Shown in pieces: positions 27,841 to 37,755 of a stretch of DNA of 64,000 nucleotides. The stretch's first letter is position 1; each line of letters starts with the position of its first letter. This DNA comes from Candidatus Latescibacterota bacterium. Its GTDB lineage: Bacteria; Latescibacterota; UBA2968; UBA8231. The stretch is from the NCBI GenBank assembly GCA_965221775.1, contig CBDCSU010000006.1:992001-1056000 (forward strand), written 5' to 3'. The notes beneath the pieces are model-generated. The model saw only the letters and a list, made by a program, of their open reading frames with translations. It made no database searches and was not told the DNA's origin. The translations under genes and the position numbers were made by a program.

Positions 27841-28421
27841 GGGGCTCCGTACAGGCCGTGGTCGGCGATGTAGCCCTCCACCGCCTCGGGCACCAGGCAG
27901 CGCACCGGCAGGCCGGCCCGCACCCGGCGGCGGATCTCGGTGGAGGAGATGTCGAAGACGGGGGTGTCGACGCGCTCGACGCGGTCCGCCAGGGCGCCGG
28001 CGGGCAGCGCCCCCGACTCGACGCGGGAGCCGGCGATCACCGTGGCCAGCGCGAGGATGCCCTCCGGGTCGTGCCAGCTCTCCAGCTCGGGCACGTTGTC
28101 GGCGCCGATGATGAGGAAGCGCTCGTCAGCGGGCCCCTCGTCGCGGAGCCGGCGCAGGGTGTCGACGGTGTACGAGACCCCCGGGCGCCGCAGCTCGAGG
28201 TCGCTGGCCTCCAGCCGGTCGTGGCCCTCCACGGCGGCGCAGACCATCCGCCAGCGGTGCTCCGGCGGGGTCGGCACCTCGCTCTTGTGGGGAGGCTCGG
28301 CGGCGGGCACGAAGAGCACGCGGTCCAGGTGGAGGGCCTCCAGGACGTGGCGCGCCAGGAGGAGGTGGCCGCAGTGGACGGGGTCGAAGGTGCCTCCGAG
28401 GATCCCGAGACGCTCCCCCAC
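27837..28421 (-). CDS. nadD: Nicotinate-nucleotide adenylyltransferase
   Basis: GGTFDPVHCGH, PPHK, SYTVDT, IIGAD, ISSTEIR. Confidence 0.95.
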   Translation of the reverse strand: MGERLGILGGTFDPVHCGHLLLARHVLEALHLDRVLFVPAAEPPHKSEVPTPPEHRWRMVCAAVEGHDRLEASDLELRRPGVSYTVDTLRRLRDEGPADERFLIIGADNVPELESWHDPEGILALATVIAGSRVESGALPAGALADRVERVDTPVFDISSTEIRRRVRAGLPVRCLVPEAVEGYIADHGLYGAP

Positions 28422-28425
28422 GGCC

Positions 28426-29181
28426 TCACTCGGCGTCCTGCCCGGCCTCGGCGATCCACTCGCGCACGTCCTCGAGGAGGTCCTCGTCCCCGGAGCCCGA
28501 GAGCACCTCGTCCCACAGGGCCTGCGCCTCGTCGGGGCGGCCCTGCCGGCTGTGGATGCGGCCGATGCGGGCCAGGCCCTGCCAGTACCAGTCGGTGTCC
28601 GGGTAGGCGCGGACCATCTGCTCGTAGGTCATCTTCGCCGCGTCCAGGTGCCCCTGGCGGTGGTACAGCCGGGCGGCGAGGAAGTCCTTCTCCGCGAGCC
28701 GGCCCCGGCACTCGCGGATGCGCCCGCTGGCGTCGGCCACCAGCGGACTGCCGGGGTTGTCCTCGATGAACCGGCGGTACGCCGCCAGGGCCTGGTAGGT
28801 CTCGGCCTGGTCGAGCTCGGCTCGGCGGCTCTGCTCAAAGTAGGACTCGCCGATCTTGTACTGGGCCTCCACGAGGCGCGCGCTGGAGGGATAGGTGTCG
28901 ACGAGCCGTTCGTACTCGAAGACGGCGCTGACGTACTCCTCGAGGTGGAAGAAGGACTCGGCCAGGTGGTACTGGGCCTCGGCCACCTCGGCGAAACCCG
29001 GGTAGTTGCTCAGCACCCGCTGGAAGTTGTCCACCGCCCGCAGGTAGCGCCCCTTCTCGAAGTCCTCCATCCCCTTGTCGTAGTAGAACCCGGCCCCCTG
29101 CAACTGCTCCGGATCCTTCTTGCCGGCGCACCCGGCGACAAGCGCCGCCGCCAGGAACGAGGCGAGTCCGCGGAGGGACAT
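28426..29181 (-). CDS. bamD: Outer membrane assembly factor BamD (lipoprotein)
   Basis: Lipobox VAGC, TPRs, ELDQAET, RLAEKDF..ARLY; nadD context. Confidence 0.85.
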   Translation of the reverse strand: MSLRGLASFLAAALVAGCAGKKDPEQLQGAGFYYDKGMEDFEKGRYLRAVDNFQRVLSNYPGFAEVAEAQYHLAESFFHLEEYVSAVFEYERLVDTYPSSARLVEAQYKIGESYFEQSRRAELDQAETYQALAAYRRFIEDNPGSPLVADASGRIRECRGRLAEKDFLAARLYHRQGHLDAAKMTYEQMVRAYPDTDWYWQGLARIGRIHSRQGRPDEAQALWDEVLSGSGDEDLLEDVREWIAEAGQDAE

Positions 29182-29786
29182 CAGCGATTCGAGTAGAAGA
29201 GGTAGACGAGGGAGCCCAGGACGGAACTGACGATGGCCGGTTCCACGTACTTGCCCCAAGTGCGTTTCTCCATCTCGGTCTCGGCGAAATCGAAGCGGGA
29301 TTGCTGGAGCGCATCGAGCTCGCCCTTCGGAATGCGGTCTCTCAGCCCGGCTCTCCCCTCACCGGACCACAGACGCTCGCCCCCCATGTCGAGATCCAGC
29401 TGCAGGCCCACGCGGCATCGGCGGGTGACGTTGTTGGTCAGCAGCCCGGACCGCCCGGTGACGGCGACTTCGATGACCCGGTACGACAGGTGGGCGGCCG
29501 CCGCCGAGGTGTCGGCGGTCACCGCCAGGCCCCGGGTGAGCAGCTCCTCGAGGAGCAGGTGCTCGAAAAGCCAGTTGGCGTCGTCCTTGGCGGCGGGTTG
29601 GAGGCTCACCTTCTCGAAGCCCTCGCCGTGCCCGGCGGTGTCGAGGCCGGCCACCGCCTCCTGCACCGCCCGGGTGGCCGCTCGCGACACGAGATCGAGA
29701 TTGCTCGGACCCAGAGCGCCGGACCGGCCGGGCTGCAGGAGAAGGACCGCGGCGAGGACGAGGACGCGGCGGGGGGCCGGACTCAC
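29181..29786 (-). CDS. Hypothetical exported protein
   Basis: Signal peptide; C-terminal EPAIVSSVLGSLVYLFYSNR; overlaps both neighbours. Confidence 0.75.
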   Translation of the reverse strand: MSPAPRRVLVLAAVLLLQPGRSGALGPSNLDLVSRAATRAVQEAVAGLDTAGHGEGFEKVSLQPAAKDDANWLFEHLLLEELLTRGLAVTADTSAAAAHLSYRVIEVAVTGRSGLLTNNVTRRCRVGLQLDLDMGGERLWSGEGRAGLRDRIPKGELDALQQSRFDFAETEMEKRTWGKYVEPAIVSSVLGSLVYLFYSNR

Positions 29787-30538
29787 GGCCCCTCCAGCTG
29801 CCGCAGCTCCTCGCGCGCCTCGTCGACGTACTCGCTGCCGGGGTAGTTCTGCAGGAGCTTGCGGAAGGCGGCCACGGCCTGGTCGGACTCGCCGAGAGCC
29901 AGGTACGCCCGGGCGATCATCAGCTGGGCGTCGTCGGCCTTCTCGGTGTAGGGGTAGGCGAGGACCTTGGTGAACTCCGCCAGGGCGGGGCGGAACCGGC
30001 GCTGCAGGTAGCGGGCCTCGCCGATCCAGTAGCGGGCGTTGTCGGCCAGGTCGCTGTCGGGGGCGCGCTCCAGGATCTCGGAGAATGCGGCCACCGCCTC
30101 GTCGAAGCGGCGCTCCCGGTGCTGATCGCGGGCGCTGGCGTAAGCGGCGGCGGCATCGAAGGTCGGGTCTGCGCCGGCCGTTGCGGCGGCGCCGGGACTG
30201 GCAGCCGGGCTCGAGCCGGCGCCGGCCGGGGGGATGGCGCCGGCGCCGGCCGGGGGTTTGGCGCTGGCGCCGGAGGCGCCGGATCCCTCGAGGGCGGCCA
30301 CCCGCTCGTGCAGGGCGGCGAGGCTCTCCTCGGCGCGCCGCAGGCGCTCGGCCAGGTCCTCCCCGCGGTCGGCGTAGGCCTGCTGATCGCGGCCCATGGC
30401 CTCCAGCTTCTCGCGCAGGTCGGCGGAGTTGTCCGCCGCGCGGGTCCCCGGAGCGGTGCCGGCGCAACCCGTCCCCGCGGCCCAGGCGGCGGCGAGGAGA
30501 AGGCGCAACAGCGATCCTGGTGAGAGGGTCGGTCTCAT
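29783..30538 (-). CDS. cpoB: Tol-Pal cell division coordinator CpoB/YbgF-like lipoprotein
   Basis: Coiled coil plus TPR with LADNARYWIGE, KADDAQL, YPGS. Confidence 0.8.
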   Translation of the reverse strand: MRPTLSPGSLLRLLLAAAWAAGTGCAGTAPGTRAADNSADLREKLEAMGRDQQAYADRGEDLAERLRRAEESLAALHERVAALEGSGASGASAKPPAGAGAIPPAGAGSSPAASPGAAATAGADPTFDAAAAYASARDQHRERRFDEAVAAFSEILERAPDSDLADNARYWIGEARYLQRRFRPALAEFTKVLAYPYTEKADDAQLMIARAYLALGESDQAVAAFRKLLQNYPGSEYVDEAREELRQLEGP

Positions 30539-30599
30539 TCTCGGCAGCCTTTCCTAAGATGCGCAGGCCGTCCGCAAACGTCCAGCGGCGGCGGAGCGC

Positions 30600-31082
30600 T
30601 CACCCGGGGGCGGCGGACCAGCGGCTGATGAGGCCCTTCGTCGACCGCCCGGAGACGTGGCACAGGACCCGCACCTGGCCCCCGGCCTCCTCCACCACCC
30701 GGCGGCCGACCACCTCGTCCAGGGAGTAGTCGCCTCCCTTGACCAGCACGTCGGGCAGCAGGTCCGCCACCAGCGGCTCGACGCGGGTCCCGGGGAAGAG
30801 GGTGACGGCGTTCACGTCCTCCAGGGCGCACAGCAGGGCGGCGCGGTCCCGCTGCGGCACCAGGGGGCGCCCCGGGCCCTTCAACCGGCGCACGCCGTCG
30901 TCGTCGTTGAGTCCGACCACGAGGAGATCGCCCAGGGCCCGGGCCTCCTGCAGGTACTCCACGTGGCCGCGGTGCAGCAGGTCGAAGCAGCCGTTGGTGA
31001 AGACCACGACGCGGCCGTCGCGGCGGCAGCGGGCGCGCAGATCGAGGAGGGAGGAGCGGGAGAGGAGCTTCTCGGAGTGCAC
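30600..31082 (-). CDS. rfaE2: D-glycero-beta-D-manno-heptose-1-phosphate adenylyltransferase
   Basis: FTNGCFDLLHRGH, GLNDD, LKGPGRP, VKGGDY. Confidence 0.92.
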   Translation of the reverse strand: MHSEKLLSRSSLLDLRARCRRDGRVVVFTNGCFDLLHRGHVEYLQEARALGDLLVVGLNDDDGVRRLKGPGRPLVPQRDRAALLCALEDVNAVTLFPGTRVEPLVADLLPDVLVKGGDYSLDEVVGRRVVEEAGGQVRVLCHVSGRSTKGLISRWSAAPG

Positions 31083-31134
31083 GGAGGATCAAAAGGAGAC
31101 GGCCCTGAGCGAGGGACTCGCAAAGGGCCGCGAA

Positions 31135-31212
31135 TGGGGTGGATGACGGGAGTTGAACCCGCGCCCTCCAGGGCCACAACCTGGCGCTCTAACCAACTGA
31201 GCTACATCCACC
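31135..31212 (-). tRNA. tRNA-His(GTG)
   Basis: G-1 plus GTGGATG acceptor; anticodon loop TTGTGGC; CCA end. Confidence 0.95.
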
Positions 31213-31225
31213 ACACGTCGAAGAA

Positions 31226-31302
31226 TGGCGTGCCCACCAGGACTCGAACCTGGGACATTCTGCTTAGAAGGCAGATGCTCTGTCCAGCTGAGCTATGGGC
31301 AC
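31226..31302 (-). tRNA. tRNA-Arg(TCT)
   Basis: GTGCCCA acceptor; anticodon loop CTTCTAA; CCA end. Confidence 0.95.
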
Positions 31303-31367
31303 CTGCGAGCCTTGTGGGCCGGAGTGTCAAGATACGGACCGGTGGAAATAGGGGCCAACCGTGCAAG

Positions 31368-31445
31368 TGGTCGGGGTGGTCGGATTCGAACCGACGACCC
31401 CCTGCTCCCAAAGCAGGTGCGCTAACCGGACTGCGCTACACCCCG
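31368..31445 (-). tRNA. tRNA-Pro(TGG)
   Basis: CGGGGTG acceptor; anticodon loop TTTGGGA; CCA end. Confidence 0.95.
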
Positions 31446-32255
31446 AACCCGGTTGATCTCGCGCCGCAGCCTGTCGGCCTCGGCGCGCGCCGCCTCGGCG
31501 AAGTCGGCGCCCTCGGAGGCGTGCATGACGCTGCGCGAGGCGTTGATCAGCAACCCCGCCCCGTCGCGGCGCAGGCCGCCGGCCACCGACCCGGCCAGAT
31601 CCCCCCCCTGGGCGCCGACGCCGGGCACCAGAAAGGGAAGCTCCGGGGCCAACCTCCGCAAGCCGGCCATCGACTCGGCGCGAGTGGCGCCGACCACGAG
31701 TCCGCAGTTGCCGTGCTCGGCGTTCCACTCCAGGGCCCGGCGCGCCACCCGCTCCCACAGCCGGTCCCCCCCCTCCACGGCGGCAGCCTCGAAGTCGGCG
31801 GCCCCCGGGTTGGAGGTCAGGCAGACGAGGAAGACGCCGCGGTCGGCGTGGCGGGTGAAGGGCAGGACGGCGTCGGAGCCCATGTAGGGGGTCACGGTGA
31901 CGGCGTCGGCGCCGAGCTCGGTGAAGATCGCATGGGCCCAGCGTCCGGCCACGGGCCCTATGTCTCCGCACTTGGCGTCGACCACCACCGGCACCGGATC
32001 GGGGACGGCCTCGATGGTGGCGGCCAGCGCCTCCCACCCGCCGGCGCCGAGAGCGGCGTAGAAGGCGAGGTTGGGCTTGAAGCAGCAGACGAGGTCCGCC
32101 GTGGCCTCCACCAGGCAGCAGTTGAACTCCAGCACGCCGGAGGCGTCGCGGGCGAGGCCGGCGGGCAGGCGCTCGGGGACCGGGTCGAGCCCGACGCACA
32201 ACAGGGAGTCGTTGGCGGCGACGGACCGCGACAGGCGTTCGGCGAAGGTGCTCAC
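31422..32255 (-). CDS. pyrF: Orotidine-5'-phosphate decarboxylase
   Basis: LCVGLDP, FKPNLAFY, DAKCGDI, LTSNPG, VVGAT, VPGVGAQGG, NASRS. Confidence 0.95.
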   Translation of the reverse strand: MSTFAERLSRSVAANDSLLCVGLDPVPERLPAGLARDASGVLEFNCCLVEATADLVCCFKPNLAFYAALGAGGWEALAATIEAVPDPVPVVVDAKCGDIGPVAGRWAHAIFTELGADAVTVTPYMGSDAVLPFTRHADRGVFLVCLTSNPGAADFEAAAVEGGDRLWERVARRALEWNAEHGNCGLVVGATRAESMAGLRRLAPELPFLVPGVGAQGGDLAGSVAGGLRRDGAGLLINASRSVMHASEGADFAEAARAEADRLRREINRVRGVAQSG

Positions 32256-33337
32256 GGAGAGATGGTCACGGAGTCCGGGAGCGTATCCGCCGGCGCCGGG
32301 GCTCGCGTCTGGAGCAGGGAGTCGAGGAAGTCCCGATAGACGATCGGAGGCGCAAGGTGGTCCGCGAGACCGGCCGTATCCGTCGCCGCCTCCGCCAGGC
32401 TGTCGGGGACGGGGGCCGCGCCCACCACCGGCGGCTCGGGTGGCCGCGGCGGTTTGGGTCCGACCACGAAGACCACCCGCCCCCTGGAGAGGAAGTCTCC
32501 GTGGAGGTCGGCCAGCTGCAGGCGTGTCGCGTCGCCAGCGCGGATCACGGCATCGGCGCGGAAGGGGCCCGAGGCGCCGGTCACCTCCACCAGGAACGGG
32601 TGGGCGGGCTCCCCTCCGACGCGCTGGCTGAGGATGGCGCGGCGCAGATCCTTCTCCCAGCCGGCCAGGCCCGAGCGTACCGCCAGAGCCCGGTCGACGT
32701 GACCGGCTGCATAGATGACACGCCCGCGGTCGTCGACGATCCGCGGCGACAGGCTCGGACGCAGCTGCGTGCCCCGGGCATCGACGACGAGCCCCGTGTA
32801 CGGCCCCCCCGGCAGGAGTGCGATCAGGGAGTCGCGCGCGGGAAGCTCGGTCGGCGGCAGGGAGACGAGCCGCTCGGATGCCGGTGGCAGCACGGCCCGG
32901 GCGAGATCCCCGAGAAGGGGCAGGCGCACCTCCAGCCGGCAGACGCCCCGGGTCTGGCGGCGGGAGCCGGACACGACCCGCGCGTCACCCGCCAGCTGCG
33001 CCACCCGTTCGCGTACCGGCCCGCTGGCCGCCATGGCCCGGCCGACCCGGGTGCGGGCGTCGACGCGCACCTTGGCCACGGCCTCCTGGAGGCCGGCCAG
33101 GGCCGCCGTCCTGGCGGCGCGGAGTCCCGTCAGGCGCTGCCGGGCGGGGCTGCCCTCCTCTCCGGCCGACGCCTCACCGGTGACGGTGAGGGTCCCCGCG
33201 GTCCAGTCGATGCGGGCCTGGAGCCGCCCGCCGGAGGGGGCCTTGACGTAGAGGGTCTCCACCAGGGCCCACGAGGTCCCCTGCGCCGCGGCGGCACTGC
33301 ACAACAGGAGGATGATGAGGGGAAGGGAGGTCTGCAC
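32252..33337 (-). CDS. Hypothetical exported protein (LPP20-like N-terminal region)
   Basis: Signal peptide; IDWT.G, RAART.A, YTGLVVDARG..L.PSLSP. Confidence 0.7.
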   Translation of the reverse strand: MQTSLPLIILLLCSAAAAQGTSWALVETLYVKAPSGGRLQARIDWTAGTLTVTGEASAGEEGSPARQRLTGLRAARTAALAGLQEAVAKVRVDARTRVGRAMAASGPVRERVAQLAGDARVVSGSRRQTRGVCRLEVRLPLLGDLARAVLPPASERLVSLPPTELPARDSLIALLPGGPYTGLVVDARGTQLRPSLSPRIVDDRGRVIYAAGHVDRALAVRSGLAGWEKDLRRAILSQRVGGEPAHPFLVEVTGASGPFRADAVIRAGDATRLQLADLHGDFLSRGRVVFVVGPKPPRPPEPPVVGAAPVPDSLAEAATDTAGLADHLAPPIVYRDFLDSLLQTRAPAPADTLPDSVTISP

Positions 33338-33343
33338 GTGAAG

Positions 33344-33719
33344 GGCCGGAGTGGTTCTGTAAGCCGAGTTCTGTCGGAGACCGGCTGCGCCGGTCTCCGG
33401 GTGAGCATTCATCTGGGACGGCGGTTGCCCGCCGCCTCGTGCGGCCTACCCGGGAGTCGTTGCGAGGCGGGCCACCTCTCCTCCCCTATTTGGCCTTGCT
33501 CCGGATGAGGTTTGCCGTGCCGTCCCCGTCGCCGGCGACGCGGTGAGCTCTTACCTCACCTTTTCACCCTTACCCGGCGCGAGCCGGGCGGTCTGTTTTC
33601 TGTGGCACTTTCTGTGGGGTCGCCCCCCCTGGGCGTTACCCAGCATCCTGCCCTGCGGAGCTCGGACTTTCCTCAGGGCCGGCGGCGCCGGCCCCGCGTT
33701 CACCCGAACCACTCCGGCC
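33344..33719 (-). ncRNA. rnpB: RNase P RNA (type A)
   Basis: GAGGAAAGTCCG, AGTGCCACAGAAAA, GGTGAAAAGGTG.GGTAAGAGC, ACAGAACTCGGCTTA; complementary P1 ends. Confidence 0.97.
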
Positions 33720-33748
33720 GTTCGATGCCATGGGCGTCATGAGCCGCC

Positions 33749-34465
33749 TCAGGACGACTCCTCGTCCCAGGCGAGAAGGGCGCCGCAGTTCTCGCAGCTG
33801 ACGACCTGCTCGTGGCGGCGGACGCGGCTCTTCATCTGCGCCGGCAGCTGGCGGAAGCAGGCGCCGCAGGCGCCCTTGCGCACGGGAGCCACCGTCCGCC
33901 CGCGGTTGCTCCGGGAGATCTCGTAGGTGCGCAGCAAGTCCCGGTCGATCCCCTCCGCCTCGGCCTCACGGCGTTGCTGCACGGCGTCGACCTCGCCCTG
34001 CAGGGAATCGAGGCGGGTCTGCAGCTCGTCGATCCGGGACTGCTGTTCCTCGCGGACGGCGTCGACATCCTGCTGCTCGAGATCGACCTGCTCGCGAACG
34101 CTCTCGCTCGATTCGATGAGATCGAGGATCTGGCCCTCGTACTCCGACATCCTCGACTTGCAGGCCTCGACCTCGAGCTGGAGGGCGTCGTACTCCTTGT
34201 TGGTGCGGACCTCGGAGAAACGCGCCTCCAGCTTCTTCAACTGATCGCGGGCGTCCTCGAGCTCGTGCTCGAGGTGCCGCTGCCGGCGCTGCTGGTCCTG
34301 CAGGCGCTCGGTGAGCTCCTTGAGGTCCCGCTCGGCACGGTCGATCTCGCCGCGCCGCTCCTCGATCTCCGCGGGATACTTGCTCTTGGCCTCCTCCAGA
34401 GCCTTGAGCTCGAGGTCGACGTTCTGGACCTTGAGCAACTGCTGCAAACCTTCCTTGAGGGACAC
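33749..34465 (-). CDS. C4-type zinc-ribbon coiled-coil protein (DUF164)
   Basis: TNKEYDAL, CGAC...CENC; typical position upstream of rnpB. Confidence 0.9.
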   Translation of the reverse strand: MSLKEGLQQLLKVQNVDLELKALEEAKSKYPAEIEERRGEIDRAERDLKELTERLQDQQRRQRHLEHELEDARDQLKKLEARFSEVRTNKEYDALQLEVEACKSRMSEYEGQILDLIESSESVREQVDLEQQDVDAVREEQQSRIDELQTRLDSLQGEVDAVQQRREAEAEGIDRDLLRTYEISRSNRGRTVAPVRKGACGACFRQLPAQMKSRVRRHEQVVSCENCGALLAWDEESS

Positions 34466-34652
34466 CCGGACTCCTCTCTCTCCGTGGAGGCGAGGCTTCC
34501 GGACGGGTCGACGCAGTCCGTCCGGCCGCGAAATACCAAGCCCGATATAATAGGATAGCCGCCGGCATGGTCAATACCGGGCCTGCGGCCGGGTCCCTCG
34601 GTTGCGGCGTGGTTGGCCGCGGCGGAAATTACCGGCCAAGGACGGAACGCCC

Positions 34653-35603
34653 ATGCTCAAGGCCGGCTTCATCGGCGCCGGCGGACGCGCCCGCGGCGCC
34701 CACTATCCCGCCCTCGCCCGCCTCGACGGCGTGGAGATCGCCGCCGTCTGCGAGCTCGACGGCGAGCGCCTGCGGCTCGTCGTCGACGAGTACGGATTCG
34801 ACCGCACCTTCAGCGACCACCGCGAGATGCTGGCCACCGTCGACCTCGACGTGGTCTACTGCGTCATGCACGAGAGGTGGGTGCTGAACCCCGCTCTCGA
34901 CTGTCTCAACGCCGGCAAGCACCTCTTCATCGAGAAACCCCCCGGCGCCAACAGCGGCGAGACCCGGCAGATGCTGGAGGCCGCCGTCGCCAACGACGTG
35001 TACTGCATGGTCGGGCTCCAGCGCCGCTACGCCGCCGTCACCCGCGAGGCCATGCGCCGCGTGGCCGCCAGGGGGCCGGTCTCGGTCGCCAACGTCACCT
35101 TCAACAAGCGGATCCTCGGCGGCGACGGCCGCGAGTTCAGCACCACCTTGTGGGACGACGTGATCCACGTCGTCGACCTGCTGCGTCACATGGCCGGCGG
35201 CGAGCCGGTGGAGGTGGCGGCGTACCGCGACCGCTTCGGCGGCGACAGCCGCAACTGCTACACCTCCATGGTCCGCTTCGACAACGGCGCCACGGGCGTC
35301 GTCTTCGGCAACCGCGCCTCCGGAGGCCGGGTGCTGCGCTCCGAGTTGCACGGCGTGGGGGTCGGCTGCTACATGAAGATTCCCTCGGAGATCGAGATCC
35401 TCGAGGATGACCGGACCACCGTCTTGGGCGGCTGGGAGGTGGACGGCGTCGACGAGGAGGACCGGCAGCGCTACGAGGGCACCCTCACCATGCACGAGCA
35501 CTTCGTCGACTGCATCGACAAGGGCGAGACGCCCCTGACCGATCTCCGCGACGTGATCCACACCGTCGATCTGGTCGACCGGATCGAAGGCCCCCTGCCC
35601 TGA
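34653..35603 (+). CDS. Gfo/Idh/MocA family oxidoreductase
   Basis: GFIGAGG, EKPPG, IHVVD motifs. Confidence 0.9.
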   Translation: MLKAGFIGAGGRARGAHYPALARLDGVEIAAVCELDGERLRLVVDEYGFDRTFSDHREMLATVDLDVVYCVMHERWVLNPALDCLNAGKHLFIEKPPGANSGETRQMLEAAVANDVYCMVGLQRRYAAVTREAMRRVAARGPVSVANVTFNKRILGGDGREFSTTLWDDVIHVVDLLRHMAGGEPVEVAAYRDRFGGDSRNCYTSMVRFDNGATGVVFGNRASGGRVLRSELHGVGVGCYMKIPSEIEILEDDRTTVLGGWEVDGVDEEDRQRYEGTLTMHEHFVDCIDKGETPLTDLRDVIHTVDLVDRIEGPLP

Positions 35604-35644
35604 CCGAAGCCCGGACACCGCGCCGCCGGAGCCTGTGGCTGGTC

Positions 35645-36940
35645 GTGCTCCTGGCCGCGGTCCTGCGCCTCGCCGCGGCCATTCCCGGCATGGCCGCGCC
35701 GGAGACCGCCTTCTTCCGGCCCGACACGCCCTCGTACGTGCAGCCGGCGCTGGCCCTGCTCGAAGAGGGCCGTTACGTCGGAGCCCCGGGAGAAACCGAG
35801 CCGTACACCCTGCGAGGCCCCGGGTACCCGGCCTTCCTGGCCCTCGTCTTCGGCGTCCTCGGCCAGGGCCTTCACCTTCCGGTGCTCCTCTTCTGCGTCC
35901 TCGGGGCCCTCACCTGCATTCCCGTGTACCGCGTGGGCTGCTGGTTCGGCGGCCCCGCGGTGGGAACCGTTGCCGCCCTGCTGCTGGCCCTCAACCTCAC
36001 CAGCATCGCCCATGCTCCGCTCTATCTCTCCGACACCCTGTTCGCGCTGATCACCGCGTGGATGCTCTACTTCTTCGCCCGCTTCTACTACCGCCGGAGG
36101 CTGCCGGATCTATGGCTGGCCGTGTTCCTCGACGCCGCCGGTACCTTGATCCGCCCCACGGGACTGCTGTGGATCGTGCCCTGCCTCTTCCTGGTCCTCG
36201 TCTTCCGGGGTCTCCCCGTGCGCCACCGGCTGATGGGGGCCGCGGGCTGTCTGCTGATCTTCGCCGCGGTCCTGACCCCGTGGATGTACCGCAACTCGCT
36301 GGCCGGCGGCGGCTTCCGCCTCGACACCAACGTCGGCAACACCCTCTACTATCACAATTGCGCCGCCCTCGTGTCGGTGGTGACCGGGGTCCCCCGCCTC
36401 ACCCTGCGCGACCGCTGGACAGGCGAGGCCGAGGCCGAGTTCGCCGCCCATCCCGGCCGCTACCCGGACGAGGACGCCCGCACCGGCTACAAGCTCGCCA
36501 GGGCCCGTGAGCTGATCGGCGCCCACAAGTGGACCTATCTGCGCCTGCACTTCAACCCCTCGATCCTGCTGCCTGACGCGCCGACCTTCTTCGAGCTCCT
36601 CGGACTGACGCAGGCGGGGCGGGGCACCCTCGACGTGCTGCACCGCCAGGGTGTACTCGCCGCCGTGCGCCACTACTTCGGCGACCGCGCCTGGCTGCTG
36701 CTGCCCCTGCTGCCGGCCCTCGCCGTCGTCGGGGCGACCTACCTCGGATGCCTGGTCCAGCTCGGCCGGTGGATGCACCGCCGGGAGTGGTTCCTCGGCT
36801 GCGTCTTTCTCGCCTTCGTGGCCTACTACCTGGTCCTGCCCGGACCCGTGGTCATGCCCAGGTACCACCTGCCCGCGCTCCCCCTGATGTGCGTCATGGC
36901 AGGGGCGGTGTGGGCATCGTGGATGCGGCGGCCGGGATGA
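35645..36940 (+). CDS. GT39/ArnT-like membrane glycosyltransferase
   Basis: DTPSY, RGPGYP, LSDTLF, LIRP, PWMYRN, PRYHLP; start uncertain. Confidence 0.8.
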   Translation: MLLAAVLRLAAAIPGMAAPETAFFRPDTPSYVQPALALLEEGRYVGAPGETEPYTLRGPGYPAFLALVFGVLGQGLHLPVLLFCVLGALTCIPVYRVGCWFGGPAVGTVAALLLALNLTSIAHAPLYLSDTLFALITAWMLYFFARFYYRRRLPDLWLAVFLDAAGTLIRPTGLLWIVPCLFLVLVFRGLPVRHRLMGAAGCLLIFAAVLTPWMYRNSLAGGGFRLDTNVGNTLYYHNCAALVSVVTGVPRLTLRDRWTGEAEAEFAAHPGRYPDEDARTGYKLARARELIGAHKWTYLRLHFNPSILLPDAPTFFELLGLTQAGRGTLDVLHRQGVLAAVRHYFGDRAWLLLPLLPALAVVGATYLGCLVQLGRWMHRREWFLGCVFLAFVAYYLVLPGPVVMPRYHLPALPLMCVMAGAVWASWMRRPG

Positions 36941-37755
36941 ACCGCGACCACCGCCTGCGGCTGCTCGCCTGTCTCACCGTCGCCTTCTGGACCGCCGTCT
37001 TCCTGCAGGCGCCGATCCCGCAGGATCCGGCCTATCACGAGTTCGCCGATCAGCGCCCGCTGCTCGGCATCCCGCACTGCCTCGACGTGATCTCCAACCT
37101 GCCCTTCCTCCTCGTGGGTCTGTGGGGATCGCGCCTCCTCTTCCGCCTCGCCGCGACCCCGGGGCAGCAGGCCTTCCTGCGCCCGGCGGACGCGCTGGCC
37201 TACCAGGTCCTCTTCCTCGCGGTGGCGCTGGTCGGTCTCGGCTCCGCGTGGTATCACCTGGACCCCGGCAACGGGAGACTGGTGTGGGACCGCCTGCCCA
37301 TGAGCGTCGCCTTCATGGCCTTCCTCGCCGCGGCTCTCGCCGAGCGCGTGGACCGGCGCGCCGGCCTCCTGGCGCTGCCGCCGCTGGTCGCCTTCGGCCT
37401 CTTCAGCGTGCTCTACTGGCACTTCACGGAGCAGGCGGGAGCCGGAGACCTCCGCTACTACATCGTCGCCCAGGCCTACCCGGTGGTCTTCGTGCCCCTC
37501 ATGGTGCGGCTGCTGCCGTCGCCCTACACGCGCGGCTCCGATCTCTACGTGGCCGCCCTCCTCTACCTGCTGGCGAAGGCCGCAGAGGTCTTCGATCAGG
37601 AGATCTACGGGGCCGGGGGATGGATCAGCGGCCACACGTGGAAGCACCTGCTGGCCGCTCTCGGGGCCTGGTGGGTGCTGCGCATGCTCCGGCGCCGCCG
37701 GCTCGTCGAGGAGCCGCAGGGCCGGGCCGGGGATCGACGCGGGAGGGTGGACTAG
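36937..37755 (+). CDS. Alkaline ceramidase-like (CREST) membrane protein
   Basis: QDPAYHEFADQR, SNLPF, GSAWYH, WDRLPM, SGHTWKH. Confidence 0.85.
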   Translation: MNRDHRLRLLACLTVAFWTAVFLQAPIPQDPAYHEFADQRPLLGIPHCLDVISNLPFLLVGLWGSRLLFRLAATPGQQAFLRPADALAYQVLFLAVALVGLGSAWYHLDPGNGRLVWDRLPMSVAFMAFLAAALAERVDRRAGLLALPPLVAFGLFSVLYWHFTEQAGAGDLRYYIVAQAYPVVFVPLMVRLLPSPYTRGSDLYVAALLYLLAKAAEVFDQEIYGAGGWISGHTWKHLLAALGAWWVLRMLRRRRLVEEPQGRAGDRRGRVD

